From contig CM007989.1 in the NCBI GenBank assembly GCA_002189035.1, positions 6,448,001-6,512,000 on the forward strand: 64,000 nt of DNA, in the 5' to 3' direction. This document shows positions 39,801 through 51,192 of the stretch, in pieces. The translations under genes and the position numbers were made by a program. The stretch is from Utricularia gibba. Taxonomy: Eukaryota > Plantae > Magnoliophyta. How positions within the stretch are numbered: the stretch's first letter is position 1; each line of letters begins with the position of its first letter. Under the pieces are notes generated by a model, which ran no database searches, was not told the DNA's origin, and was given only the letters and a program-made list of their open reading frames with translations.

Positions 39801-40096
39801 AACCACGCACACAAAATACAAAACTTTATTTTATATGCACAAGTCAAAGATAAACACAGAGGAAGAGTTGAAGTAGCCTCTTTCTATTCATACACCCAAG
39901 GAGGAGCTCTTTTGCCCATCTGGGTATCTCTTTGATCTGGTAAGTTTTTGATTTTGATGGATGCTTGCTGCTTTCTTATTTTGTTTCTGGTTAATCTTCT
40001 CATGATTCTGTTCTTTGTTTTGTTGGTTTCTCAGAGGTGAAAAAGCAGGAATTGACCTGGGCTGCTGCGGGTTTTGGGTTGCTTTTTTATTGGTAG

Positions 40097-41542
40097 ATGG
40101 ATCCGGATAAGGGGGTTGGCGGAGATTCTTGGTCATTATTGTTCTCAGAAGTGGGTACTCCGGAGGCGTTCCAGGGGCTGGATCCATTATATGGTTCTGG
40201 GCGTCAGTTTTCTGGGCTCGATCACCCATTTCGTGCTCAAGCTCCGGTGGATGCTAATGGGAATCCACAATCGCAGGCGAGTGGAGAAAAGGACTGGGAT
40301 TCAAGAACAATTCTGGACAATCTTTCGTTTCTGGAGAAGAAGATTCATCAGCTTCAGGATTTGGTGCACCTAATCGTGGGACCAAAAGACTATGCCACAG
40401 GGGATAGAGATGATATAGCGGTTCAGCAACAGCAGCTTATTACTGCGGATTTAACATCTATCATAGTTCAACTGATATCAACTGCAGGAAGCCTTCTGCC
40501 TTCTGTGAAGCATGCTTTTTCCTCTGAGAGATCAGTTGGCGGTGCCATGGATCATCATGTGGAAAATCAAAAGGATGTGGAAAGTCAAAAGGATGTCGTT
40601 CTTCAGCAAAGTAGTAGTGCAGGTAAGGCAGAGGATCAGTCTGACTCGAAAGGTTTCTTCCGGTCGGAGCCCGTGGAGGATCAGGAAATGAAGAGCGATG
40701 ATGATGGGGAGTGTCTCCCACCTGGCTCATATCAGATTCTGCAGCTTGAGAAGGAAGAAATTCTTGCACCCCACACTCATTTTTGTATGATCTGTGGGAA
40801 AGGGTTCAAGAGAGATGCGAATTTGCGGATGCATATGAGAGGCCATGGCGATGAGTATAAAACCCCTGCAGCTCTTGCAAAACCAAATAAGGAATCTCCA
40901 CATGAGCCAGTGCTGCTCAGGAGGTACTCTTGCCCGTACGTCGGCTGCAAGCGCAACAAGGATCACAAAAAGTTTCAGCCTTTGAAGACCATCTTGTGTG
41001 TGAAGAATCATTACAAGAGAACTCACTGTGACAAAACTTACATGTGCAGTAGGTGCAACTCGAAGAAATTTTCTGTTATTGCTGATCTCAAGACGCATGA
41101 GAAGCACTGTGGACGTGATAAATGGCTCTGTTCCTGTGGCACAACATTCTCTAGGAAAGATAAGCTTTTTGGTCACATTGGCCTTTTCCAAGGTCACACT
41201 CCTGCTATTCCTGCTGAAGAACTAAAAGGGTACCCTGCAAATTTTGATCAAAGACAATGCAGTGAAGCAGCTACCAAGGTTGAACAACTAGAATTTAAAT
41301 CTAACCTTGATGCCATAGATGTAGAAGGACCTGCAGAGAATTCTACAAGATATGCGTCTCCTTTTGTTTTTGACAAGAATAGCAGCTACCAAGACTTTCT
41401 TCCTCGAACTCAATTCGAAGATTGCAGTAGTTCCTTCGGTTTTCTCATGTCCGGGGTGGGAACTATGCTGGCTCTAGTAACACAGAATAGTTCATATCCT
41501 TGTATACATATATATGTTTTGAGCTGCTGCTGCCATAGCTAA
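40097..41542 (+). CDS. STOP1: C2H2 zinc-finger transcription factor SENSITIVE TO PROTON RHIZOTOXICITY 1
   Basis: Single coding exon with [89 protein letters not shown] and four zinc fingers. There is a 5'UTR intron at about 39940-40034. The true stop may be at 41490. Confidence 0.95.
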   Translation: MDPDKGVGGDSWSLLFSEVGTPEAFQGLDPLYGSGRQFSGLDHPFRAQAPVDANGNPQSQASGEKDWDSRTILDNLSFLEKKIHQLQDLVHLIVGPKDYATGDRDDIAVQQQQLITADLTSIIVQLISTAGSLLPSVKHAFSSERSVGGAMDHHVENQKDVESQKDVVLQQSSSAGKAEDQSDSKGFFRSEPVEDQEMKSDDDGECLPPGSYQILQLEKEEILAPHTHFCMICGKGFKRDANLRMHMRGHGDEYKTPAALAKPNKESPHEPVLLRRYSCPYVGCKRNKDHKKFQPLKTILCVKNHYKRTHCDKTYMCSRCNSKKFSVIADLKTHEKHCGRDKWLCSCGTTFSRKDKLFGHIGLFQGHTPAIPAEELKGYPANFDQRQCSEAATKVEQLEFKSNLDAIDVEGPAENSTRYASPFVFDKNSSYQDFLPRTQFEDCSSSFGFLMSGVGTMLALVTQNSSYPCIHIYVLSCCCHS

Positions 41543-42327
41543 GTAGCTTTGTTCTTATTCTTAGATGTTAAATAATCCTCCTTTATATACTTATGAATTG
41601 CAGCCATGCCTAGAAGCTGAATATGGTAATGTGGAACAGGTACAAGGTTTCATTTATAAGAAACTTCATTTAACTAACTATGGAAGAGATACAAACTCTC
41701 CTGCATTGATGATTCAAAGTCATTACAGCGCAAGAAAAAGGACAACAATTTGAAACGTAAGACAGAAAAGAACTCTTCTCCATGTCAAGAGGAGTACCAT
41801 TTTTGCGCAATTGCAATTACAAGAAGACAAGATTTGCTCAGTCCTTGGAAAACTTCCTACGTATGAGCAATCAAAATGGTTTGTCAAACAGGAGTATAAG
41901 CAACTCGAAACAAATATTTTTGCTCGTCAATCTTCAATGGTAAATGCATTGCATTCTCATATGGCGATTAATAGGGCAACTTTTTGCAGCTCTTCCAGCC
42001 GCTTCTAATACTTGTTATCCATCTCGAAGCCATTCGAGTACTGTAGAGCAAAAGCGATGTTCCCCAACATAGTCCCTTGTTTCACGATCTCTGAAATTGC
42101 CAACTAGTCACTTCATAAAAGTAAATGGGCTCAGCGTTGACAATTCCGGCCCATTTATTTCATCATCTTCCACGTTCTTCCATTTTCTAGTCAGAAACAA
42201 GAAGCATAGATGACTTTGCTATACGGAAGCAACGTACGTTTTGGATTTGGATCCGATCCAGCGTTTTGACTTTCCATTTGGTCGTCGGTATTTTGGATCG
42301 GATCTCGCTCTACAGTTCAATCTGACA

Positions 42328-44409
42328 ATGAGCTCTCAGCAGCTATCGGTATGTTGAATGTGCTTTGTAATTACGCGTTGATTGTGCGGTTGTTTTCGTT
42401 AGTTAATTGGGACTACTTGCTTAGTCCGATCCAAAATTTTTGGTTGCTACATTTTCTGTGTAAGCGTTGAAAAATGACTCTGTTGTTGTGCTCTGTTTTG
42501 CGCACAAGAGCGGGATGAGCTTTTACTCCGGATTCACTCGGCTGTGTAAAGGTCTGGCATTTGTGTTGATCGGGGGACATATTGTGGTGCAGATTTTTCC
42601 CTCTGCTGTTTCGTATCTTGCTCTTATCCCTGCAAAGTAGGTGCCATATATTTGGACTCTTATTCTGTGTTCATTCATCTATCAATGCGGGGTGATTACT
42701 TGTCTGCATGTATGATGCCAAGGTTATGTGTGGCAAGATTTTATCATAGGAGTACTTTCTTCAATATTTGACTATTGCGATTGTCTTGTGAAAGACAGGA
42801 TCTATAAGAAGTCGTTCTACTCTCTTGGGCTAAAAGTTCTGGAGGAGTAAAATTTGTGTTTTTTTTGGTTTTAGCCATTTAGGGGACCTGAAGTACTATC
42901 AGATTTAGGTTATGGTTCTAGCCTGTTTTCTTTTTGTAGTTCTCAAGAGCCTGCCTGAATCAGTTATATGGTTTATATGTTTGAAGTCGCCAGATAGAAA
43001 TGATATCGCACTTTGATGACGCATAGCAACCCATTCATGTTTTCTGGGTTAAATTTTTTAGTAATCCATGAGCACTAATACATTTAATTTGACATATTTT
43101 CCTTTTATGGCCACAAACATCTCCATTTGGGAGGGAAGGACGTATTCTAAATTCAATGGCTGCTACAACATCATTCGTTTTTTCACATAGACAAGCCATA
43201 TTTCTTTTTTGCAGGACGATTCCCTTCGCTTGGAATCTCATAACTGCTGGGTATATTGAGCAGTCAACGTATGGGGTATGTTTCTCAATTTCTTTTGTTC
43301 CACTATTCCATGCCCCTTCATCCCCTTATCCCATGCTTACAACTCATGAACGAGCCCGTGTCAAATTTTGCTCTGGTTTTGCAGCTGGTCATCAGCGTTG
43401 TTGGTCTTCTTTTCATCGGAAGTCTACTTGAGCCCGTTTGGGGTTCTAGGGATTTTTTGAAGTTCATCTTTGTTGTTAACTTTCTGACTTCAGTTTGCGT
43501 TTTCATCACTGCCATTTCTTTATACTACATTACACAGAAGGAAATTTTCCTGTAAGCGATGCAACAGCTCATGGACTTCTTTGTTTTGCCCCTCTCATTT
43601 TCATTATACCTCTTTAACATTTTTATTACCAACTCTATGGCAGCTATACGCCGGCTTCCGGTTTCGCTGGTGCACTTTCAGGGTTCTTAGTGGGAGTCAA
43701 ACAGATAATTCCTGACCAGGAGTTGCCCTTACTGAAGATTAGACTAAAAGTAGGAATTTCTTATCCAAAGACTTTGAACTGATCTTCGCGTGCGTGTGCA
43801 TTACTTGATACAACTCTTTTGTAGTGGTTGCCATCTCTTGCAGCAGTGGGGTCACTCGTGGCAAGCTGCTTCACTAATGACACAGCATCTTGTACCCCGA
43901 CTATACTATCTGGTGTGTACTTCGGCTGGGTATACCTCAGATTCTGGCAAAGAAAGTCAGAGACGAAAGTAGCTGGCGATCCAAGTGATGAATTTGCCTT
44001 CTCTACTTTCTTCCCCACATTCTTGAGGTGAATATTTAACTACACACCCCTTTTTCTTGCATCCCCAGATCTCAGCATTCTGTTTGAAACAGGCCTCCTG
44101 TCGACGTAGTCGCGACCATCTTCCATCAGATGTTTTGTGGGAAAAGACCTGAGACACTAGACGACTCAACAGACCATAATTTGGAACTCCATTCACTACC
44201 AGGCTCACACCCCATAGAAGCCACACGTAGGAGGTAACCATTCTCTCCTCCACATTGCCCCTGAACATCACCATTTCCATTACAATGTAGCAATGCACTG
44301 GTGCAGGGAGCGAGGTGCTCGTGCCCTTGAAGAAAGACTAGCAGCAGAGGAATCCCCTGCCGCCACCATGACAGAGGAAACAAAAGAAGATCCTGCCCAA
44401 AATGTGTAG
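42328..44409 (+). CDS. RBL19: Rhomboid-like 19 / TMEM115-family (DUF1751) membrane protein; 8 exons
   Basis: A 21-nt first exon (MSSQQLS), then FTRLCKGLA, LALIPAKTIPFAWNLITAGY, LEPVWGSRDFLKF, GFLVGVKQIIPDQE, GDPSDEFAFSTFFP and RRERGARALEERLA. All junctions are GT-AG. Confidence 0.88.
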
Positions 44410-45494
44410 AGAAGAAAGAACCCACACCCAGTATACCTTCAACCTTCCCTCCACCAACTAACCAACTCTTCACCCTCCTGCAATTCAATTCCGAATCTCT
44501 GACACTAGACCGTGATGCCCAGTTCAAGTTATTCACATTCATGCTTCGGACACCCATTTGGATTCACCCAACGCTATCTTTTGGTGCACAGTTATGATGC
44601 TTTATTACAACAGTGGTGGTGGGGGCTCCAACTATGCTGTCCAAGCGCGTAGTAGAGTGGAAGGGATGAAATAATAATATAATAATATACATAAACGTCA
44701 ACATCAGCATCAAGACAAGAATTGAAAGGGAGATATCTGGAAGGATACAACAACGCATAGCCTGAAGAATTAAAAACAAAAAAATACATTATGTTATTTA
44801 TTTTAAAAAGACATCATGTCAATGGGCCGGCCTGGGCCTATTTCGCTGTCCGATTGAGAAAAATTACTGGAAATAATTTTTTTATTTTTCAAAAATTGTT
44901 TTATCATAAATCATTTATTCTGTGTCCGGTTGCGGAATGCATTCACGTCTTTGGATGGATAAGATGCGCTGAAAAAAGCTGATTCTGTACTATGCCTTCT
45001 GTATGGCCGGCCGCAGCACCCGCCGAATACCCCACCGACATCATCTATTTTTTTAATATTAAAACCGACAATAATACCGTGCTTACGTTACTATTAGTAG
45101 TATTATTAAATTTGATTTAATAATATTAAATTTCATGTGTAGGATGATGTTTGGATTTTGATTTTGAATTGTATAGGAATTTTAAAACAAAATACTCCAT
45201 TTTCAAGTTTAACATTATTTAAAATGGATTTAAAATTAAATAATCTGTTTAATATAAAAAAAATATTGATTATAATAAAAAATGATTTCCAAATAATGGA
45301 GTTAAATAGTTACCACCGCCAAGCCAGAAATTTGCATAAATGAGGTTGGTGTTGGTCGCTGTTATGTTTCTTCTATTTGAATATTGTTTTTGCAAGTAAT
45401 TCTCCTTTGGCAGTCTGCGTATAAATTCCCTGTCCTGCCCACTCCCCATCGTCTCTGTGGTGCGCACTTCCCTCTCTCTCTGTTGCGGGGTGCA

Positions 45495-46615
45495 ATGGCT
45501 TCTGCTTCCATTTCACTCACATTGTGCACTTCTGTTCTTCTTCTCCCGGTGCTTCTAAGTGTAGCTTCTGGGGCAGCTCCAAGAAGACCAGTCGATGTAG
45601 CCTTCGGGAGAAACTACGTCCCCACATGGGCTTTTGATCACATCAAGTATTTCAATGGGGGCTCCGAGATTCAGCTCCTTCTCGACAAGTCCACAGGTGA
45701 ATGAATGCCAGGACTGTTCTTCCTTTCGCTAGGTATTCTTGTGCGCTGAACTGGAGTTTTGATTCAGGAACTGGGTTCCAGTCGAAGGGGTCTTATCTGT
45801 TCGGGCATTTCAGTATGCACATAAAGATGGTCCCCGGGGATTCTGCCGGCACTGTTACTGCTTTCTACGTGAGTGAAATACTCCCTTTTCACCCCTTCCT
45901 TTCTACCATGTAACCGATGATTGCCCTTGAATCACAGTTGTCTTCTCAAAACTCTGAGCACGATGAGATAGATTTTGAGTTCCTGGGGAACAGAAGTGGC
46001 CAGCCGTACATCCTTCAAACGAATGTGTACACTGGAGGCAAGGGGACAAAGAGCAGAGGATTTATCTCTGGTTCGATCCCACAAGGGAATACCATACCTA
46101 CTCCGTCCTCTGGAATCTCTATCAGATCGTGTGAGCTTTAGTTCTTTTTTCTTCAGTCATCTTGGGGCTTGCTCACTTGTCTCCGTTAGATTCTGACAAT
46201 GGAAACATCCAACAGGTTCTTTGTGGATGATGTGCCCATCAGAGTTTTCAAGAACAGCAAGGACTTGGGAGTGAGATTCCCGTTCCACCAGCCTATGAAG
46301 ATATACTCGAGTCTGTGGAATGCCGACGACTGGGCTACAAGGGGTGGACTGGAGAAGACTGACTGGAGCAAGGCGCCCTTCGTAGCTTCCTACAGGGGCT
46401 TCCATGTGGATGGCTGCGAGGCATCGGTTGCGGCCAAGTTCTGCAACACGCAGGGAAAGAGATGGTGGGATCAGAAGGAGTTCCAAGACCTCGACGCTTA
46501 CCAATGGCGTCGGCTCAAATGGGTTCGGAGCAAGTACACCATTTACAACTACTGCAACGATCGGGTTCGGTATCGTACTGTTCCAGCTGAATGCAGTAGA
46601 GATGGAGACATTTGA
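45495..46615 (+). CDS. XTH: Xyloglucan endotransglucosylase/hydrolase (GH16, XTH4/XTH5-like); 4 exons
   Basis: Signal peptide, [20 protein letters not shown], the catalytic [28 protein letters not shown] and YNYCNDR. A +1 G is needed at 46042-46045 to restore [17 protein letters not shown]. Confidence 0.93.
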
Positions 46616-46846
46616 TGATTTCAGGAGATCAGCTTTTCTGCTGTTTACTTTTGCATCTTTGTGCTTGTTCTGAGCTTCTGAGCATACAGTTTCTGTATCA
46701 TTTCTTCTTCGTTTTATCTCACGGTACAATGCATTTGTTTGCTAAATGAAGTCATCCTGTTGGTGTTGATGGCTGTGCAGATTCATTAAAATCGGATCCT
46801 GAAAAATGACCCCTGTAAGAGATTTAGAAATGCATCTACAACCAGG

Positions 46847-48545
46847 TCACACAGCATGGTTCTTCTTCTTCTTCCGAGACCTGGCTAATGCATCGCATAT
46901 CTCGCGTTTACGTCTGTAGATGATGTCCTTCGCCGGCTCATTCTTGTTGCTTGAAGCCGTGTTCCGGCTCTCTAATGCATCACTAACTAAAAGTTTCAGC
47001 CTCCACAGTGTACACTCGCTCTGCTCCCACGAAGTTTGGAGTAGAGGGCAAAGCACAAAGCATCAGAGTTTGAGACGATCATGTGTAAAGTAGATATGTA
47101 TGCAGCAGTGTGTGGCATCAAGAACCTGAGCATTTATGTCCAGCTCCACTTCTTCAGCTGCAGCGTCGAAGTCCATGTTGCTTTCTGCTACAATTCGTAG
47201 TGCTCCGCTAAGGTCCTCGGGTTGCAGCCTGGCAAGAGTAACACCAAGCTTTCGTTTTTCCGTGTCGGATATTTGCCTATAGGGATGTTGCGAATAGTGA
47301 GATTCACGAACAAGCAGACTTGTAAAAGACACTGCAAACAAATAAGAAAAATGCACAACTAAGCTTGCCTGCATTTTTGGACAACCATCTCCCTGAGCTC
47401 TTCAATACGTGAATTGACATTGCAAAGCTGAAAGGGAAAATGGATACAAAATGATCATGATTACTGGGTACACAAAGATATAACAGAAGTACTCGACCCT
47501 TCTACCTCATCATGTAAATCCCTTGCCAATTTTGCATGAGCTGCCTCCTGAGCAAGTTGCATGCTCAGTTGTGCTTCATTTTCCTCGTCTTCTCTTCGTT
47601 TTTCCTGTAAGCATTAACAATGGAATCAACGCCCACACATCTGGGAAAATTATACAAACGGCCAACATTAAGGCCTCATGTTTGGTGTCAACATCCCAGT
47701 TGATGAACTTACCTCCTCTGCAACTTTCGGCAAAAACTGCAGCCACTTCTCCTCAAATTTTTCAAGAAGCGTCTTTGCCATTGTATAAACATCACTCTTT
47801 TCTTCATTGTACTTCATCGCATTGGTAAAAATTAACCGTACATCAGAACATATATCGGCCACATGCTTATAACCTGTCCCATCTTTAGCTTCCATCTGAT
47901 TTTTATGGTAGTGAAGTCCATTGGTCTGTCTATAATCTGCCACAGTTGATTCCTTATCAGTAACGAAAACTTACTAATTCGAAAATCAACTCTTAAAGAA
48001 GAACACAAACGGACCTGATAGTAATCATGCAATCCAAGCCCCTCAACATCAACAGGTTGCATAAATGGCCATGCCCACTTATGCTGTGTGATCTAAGACA
48101 TTGAAGACGAAGCTCAATTCATACAAGGATGCATTTTGATGATTCCAGGCTACAATTTCACAAACAAGCATCAGTTGAAACTTGGAATCGAAACTCGCCT
48201 GTCGAAATATGCTTCCAAACTGGCGCATAAGATCTTGCATCCTCTTAGCAGCAGCAGCTTCTCTGCGAGAAGCATCCTGGTGCAGCTTTTTCATGCTGGG
48301 GTTGTGTTTTTCCTTCTCCAGGCCATCAAATCTTTGACAAGCACGCGATAACTTCAAGTAAAACTGCTCTACATCATTGACCCGTTTCTCGATCTACCAA
48401 ATTAACCACAACAGTAAGTCCCAAATACTCGTTATACGCAGAAATGAAAGGAGATCAATCAATCGCAAAATTCAGGCCTCACTTCGTCTACAGTGGAGGA
48501 TAGCTCATCAATCCTAGTTGGATGATCACCCATATCTCTGGGCAT
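46847..48545 (-). CDS. GTE1: BET-family bromodomain/ET transcription factor (GTE1/GTE6-like); start codon uncertain
   Basis: IEKRVNDVEQFY, ITQHKWAWPFMQPVDVEGLGLHDYY, DVRLIFTNAMKYN (bromodomain) and an ET domain (EKRKLGVTLARL...EVELDINAQSECTLWRLK). It has two GC-AG introns, and a +1 A is needed at 47900-47904. Confidence 0.88.
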
Positions 48546-49385
48546 CGTATCAGCAATACCTATAGAAATATCATCATGCACTGAGAACAGAATTGGAATC
48601 GTTTTTCATCCTATTACAATCACAGAAACTCGTGAGGTTCCATTCCCATTGAAGTTTCCCCGATTAGGTCATAAGGCGCAAGCAACTGCCGGAGAGAGAG
48701 AGAGGAGGGAGAGATGGGGACCTTCCAGCGGGTCGGGTCGGAGAAGGATCACCATTCAGGCTCAGGCAGCATGCCTTTCCATGAAAGAGAAGCGATCTTA
48801 ATTACCATTATTTTTGGTAATAAAAATATTGATTTAATAAAACCAATTAAAAAAATATAACGCAAGTGTCTTCATCTTCCACCGGCGACGCCGGTGGCGA
48901 CGGTGCAAGCTGAAGTGCATGAGGAGTACAGACAAGCTCATTGTACGCGCCCACGCTGAAGGTGCGTTGAAGGAGTCTTCGGCTTGTTACGTGTAGTCCT
49001 TTAGTCGTACTTTTTGGAAGGGTCGTTTGTTTGTGAGTCTTTGCGACTAATCGATCCTCCATGAGACGAATTTCTGACATCTACTCGAGGCCAGCCGACC
49101 CCGGCGACGGAGCCGCGACTTTTGATTCGCCGGCGCGCAATTTTCATGTCAAATGGAATGTCAATTAATATTTCTTAAATTGGTTTTTCAGTTGGGGCGG
49201 CGGGGTTCCCCTAAAATCTTGGAAACCCTAGTTTGAGTTTATTGCAGAAATTTCTGAAAGCTTATCCCCATCTGCGTGATTGACGAATCCAAATTGGGCA
49301 GTGGCGCCGTTGTCTGGACCCTCGTGCGGCGAAGCTCTTCTCGAACATTCAACAAGTTTTGGATTCTAATTCGATTTCTATGCCG

Positions 49386-50529
49386 ATGGCTACCGACGCT
49401 TCCCCGAAGTACAAACCAGACCTGATTCCAGCGCCGCCGCATCACCAGCTGGAGCATCACAGAGAGATGAGGGAGGCGGTGCATGACGGCCTCCGTTTTT
49501 ATGAGTTCATGATTGCGGGTTCAGTCGCCGGGATGGTGGAGCATATGGCTATGTTCCCTGTTGACACAGTCAAGACTCAAATGCAAGCTTTGGGTTCTTG
49601 CCCTATTAAATCCGCCAGCGTGAGCCAGGCGCTTCAGTCGATTCTTAAATCCGATGGCTTTAGAGGTCTCTACCGTGGGATCGGAGCTATGGACTCGGCG
49701 CTGGTCCGGCACACGCAGTTTATTTCTCCGTCTACGAGTTGTGTAAGAAGCGTCTTTCTGGTGGGAAACCTGATAATCATGTCGCCCACGCAGCTTCTGG
49801 AGTTTGTGCTACGGTTGCAAGTGATTCTGTGCTTACCCCCATGGACATGGTGAAGCAAAGGCTGCAGTTGAGTAGCAGCCCGTACAAAGGGGTCTGGGAC
49901 TGTATGAGCAGGGTGCTGAGGGAAGAGGGTGTTGGAGCATTTTACGCTTCTTACAAGACCACAGTGCTGATGAATGCTCCTTTTACAGCAGTTCACTTCG
50001 CCACCTACGAGGCTACGAAAAGGGGTTTGATGGAGATTTCGCCTGAAAACGTGAACGAAGAGACGCTTGTAGTTCATGCTACAGCTGGAGCAGCGGCAGG
50101 TGCATTGGCCGCTGTAGTGACCACTCCCCTTGATGTGGTCAAAACTCAGTTACAATGCCAGGTACTTGGACTGAATCTGGTTTATGATAACCTTGTGAAA
50201 TATGTCCATTTTGAGCTCTTGTCACGCATCAGATGCTGCTTCATCAGTTTGAACAAGGCTATGAGTCATTTCTCTTGCTTGTGCTTTAGACACCCTGTTG
50301 ATTCATTGCATCCATGCAGGGTGTATGCGGTTGCGATAGATTCGTCAGCGGTTCGATTATGGATGTTTTTCGGACCATTATAAAGAAAGATGGTTATGGA
50401 GGACTGATGAGAGGATGGATACCCAGAACGCTCTTCCACGCTCCTGCAGCAGCCATTTGCTGGTCGACATATGAAGCTGCTAAAACCTTTTTCCTGGAAG
50501 TAAATCACAGGAGCGACAGCATCACCTGA
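49386..50529 (+). CDS. Mitoferrin-like mitochondrial carrier (At1g07030/At2g30160-like); 2 exons
   Basis: MIAGSVAGMVEHMAMFPVDTVKTQMQ, PMDMVKQRL and PLDVVKTQLQ are three Px[DE]xx[KR] signatures, and the protein ends FHAPAAAICWSTYE. The intron is 50162-50319. A +1 G is needed at 49691 to restore GAMGLGAGPAHAVYF. Confidence 0.92.
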
Positions 50530-51192
50530 GAGTCCAACCAGAGTGTGACACAAGGGATACAGATGCATGTAGGATGAACATTTTTTCATGCATAAGATCG
50601 GATCAATAACCCGGAGAAGAAAGGCAATCGATCAGGTCTCTCATTGTTTCATGTAGTTTATTATGGTGAGAAATTCATGTAGACATGGTATTACGTTGAT
50701 TTTGTAGTGGCTTTGCCTACCTATCCACAAATTTTGATTGGCAATCAGCATGAGAAAGTACTGGCCTTGTATCATTGTTCATTACCTTGATCTGTTGCCT
50801 TGAGGTATCTGTAGCTTAATCTATTCGTAAAATGACCTTTTGTGATCGCTGATAATTTCAAAGTACATATGATGCAGTGTCCCGCTTCTTGTTGGGAAGT
50901 CTAAACCCCAAGCAGGTTGCTCTGGTAATAATTACACAGCAACTATACCTCCAAGTGGCGTGAATACAACAACCTTGTCCCTGTCCCAGCCGAGATTGAG
51001 ACTTCTACATGGAAATCTGGGCTGTATTGGAGAGAAGAGAGCATGATGGACCACTTCGTTATTCATTTTAGTATCAACCTGGTGCAGGCAAGGAGACCAC
51101 ACTGCTGAATTGTGAACAAATAGGAGAGACATTTGTCAAAACAAAGTAAGACTTTAGGAGGTGAGGGTATTGTTTTTGCATACCGGAATTTG

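Noticed and set aside
41560-42110. Moderately GC-rich segment between STOP1 and RBL19 with short ORFs
   Set aside because: All frames are interrupted and no family motif is recognisable. It is compatible with 3'UTR plus promoter (site II motifs near 42126-42153).
50932-51132. 66-aa minus-strand ORF after SLP1
   Set aside because: SLP1 already ends at the TAA at 51193. This ORF has no recognisable motif and lies in the shared 3'UTR zone.
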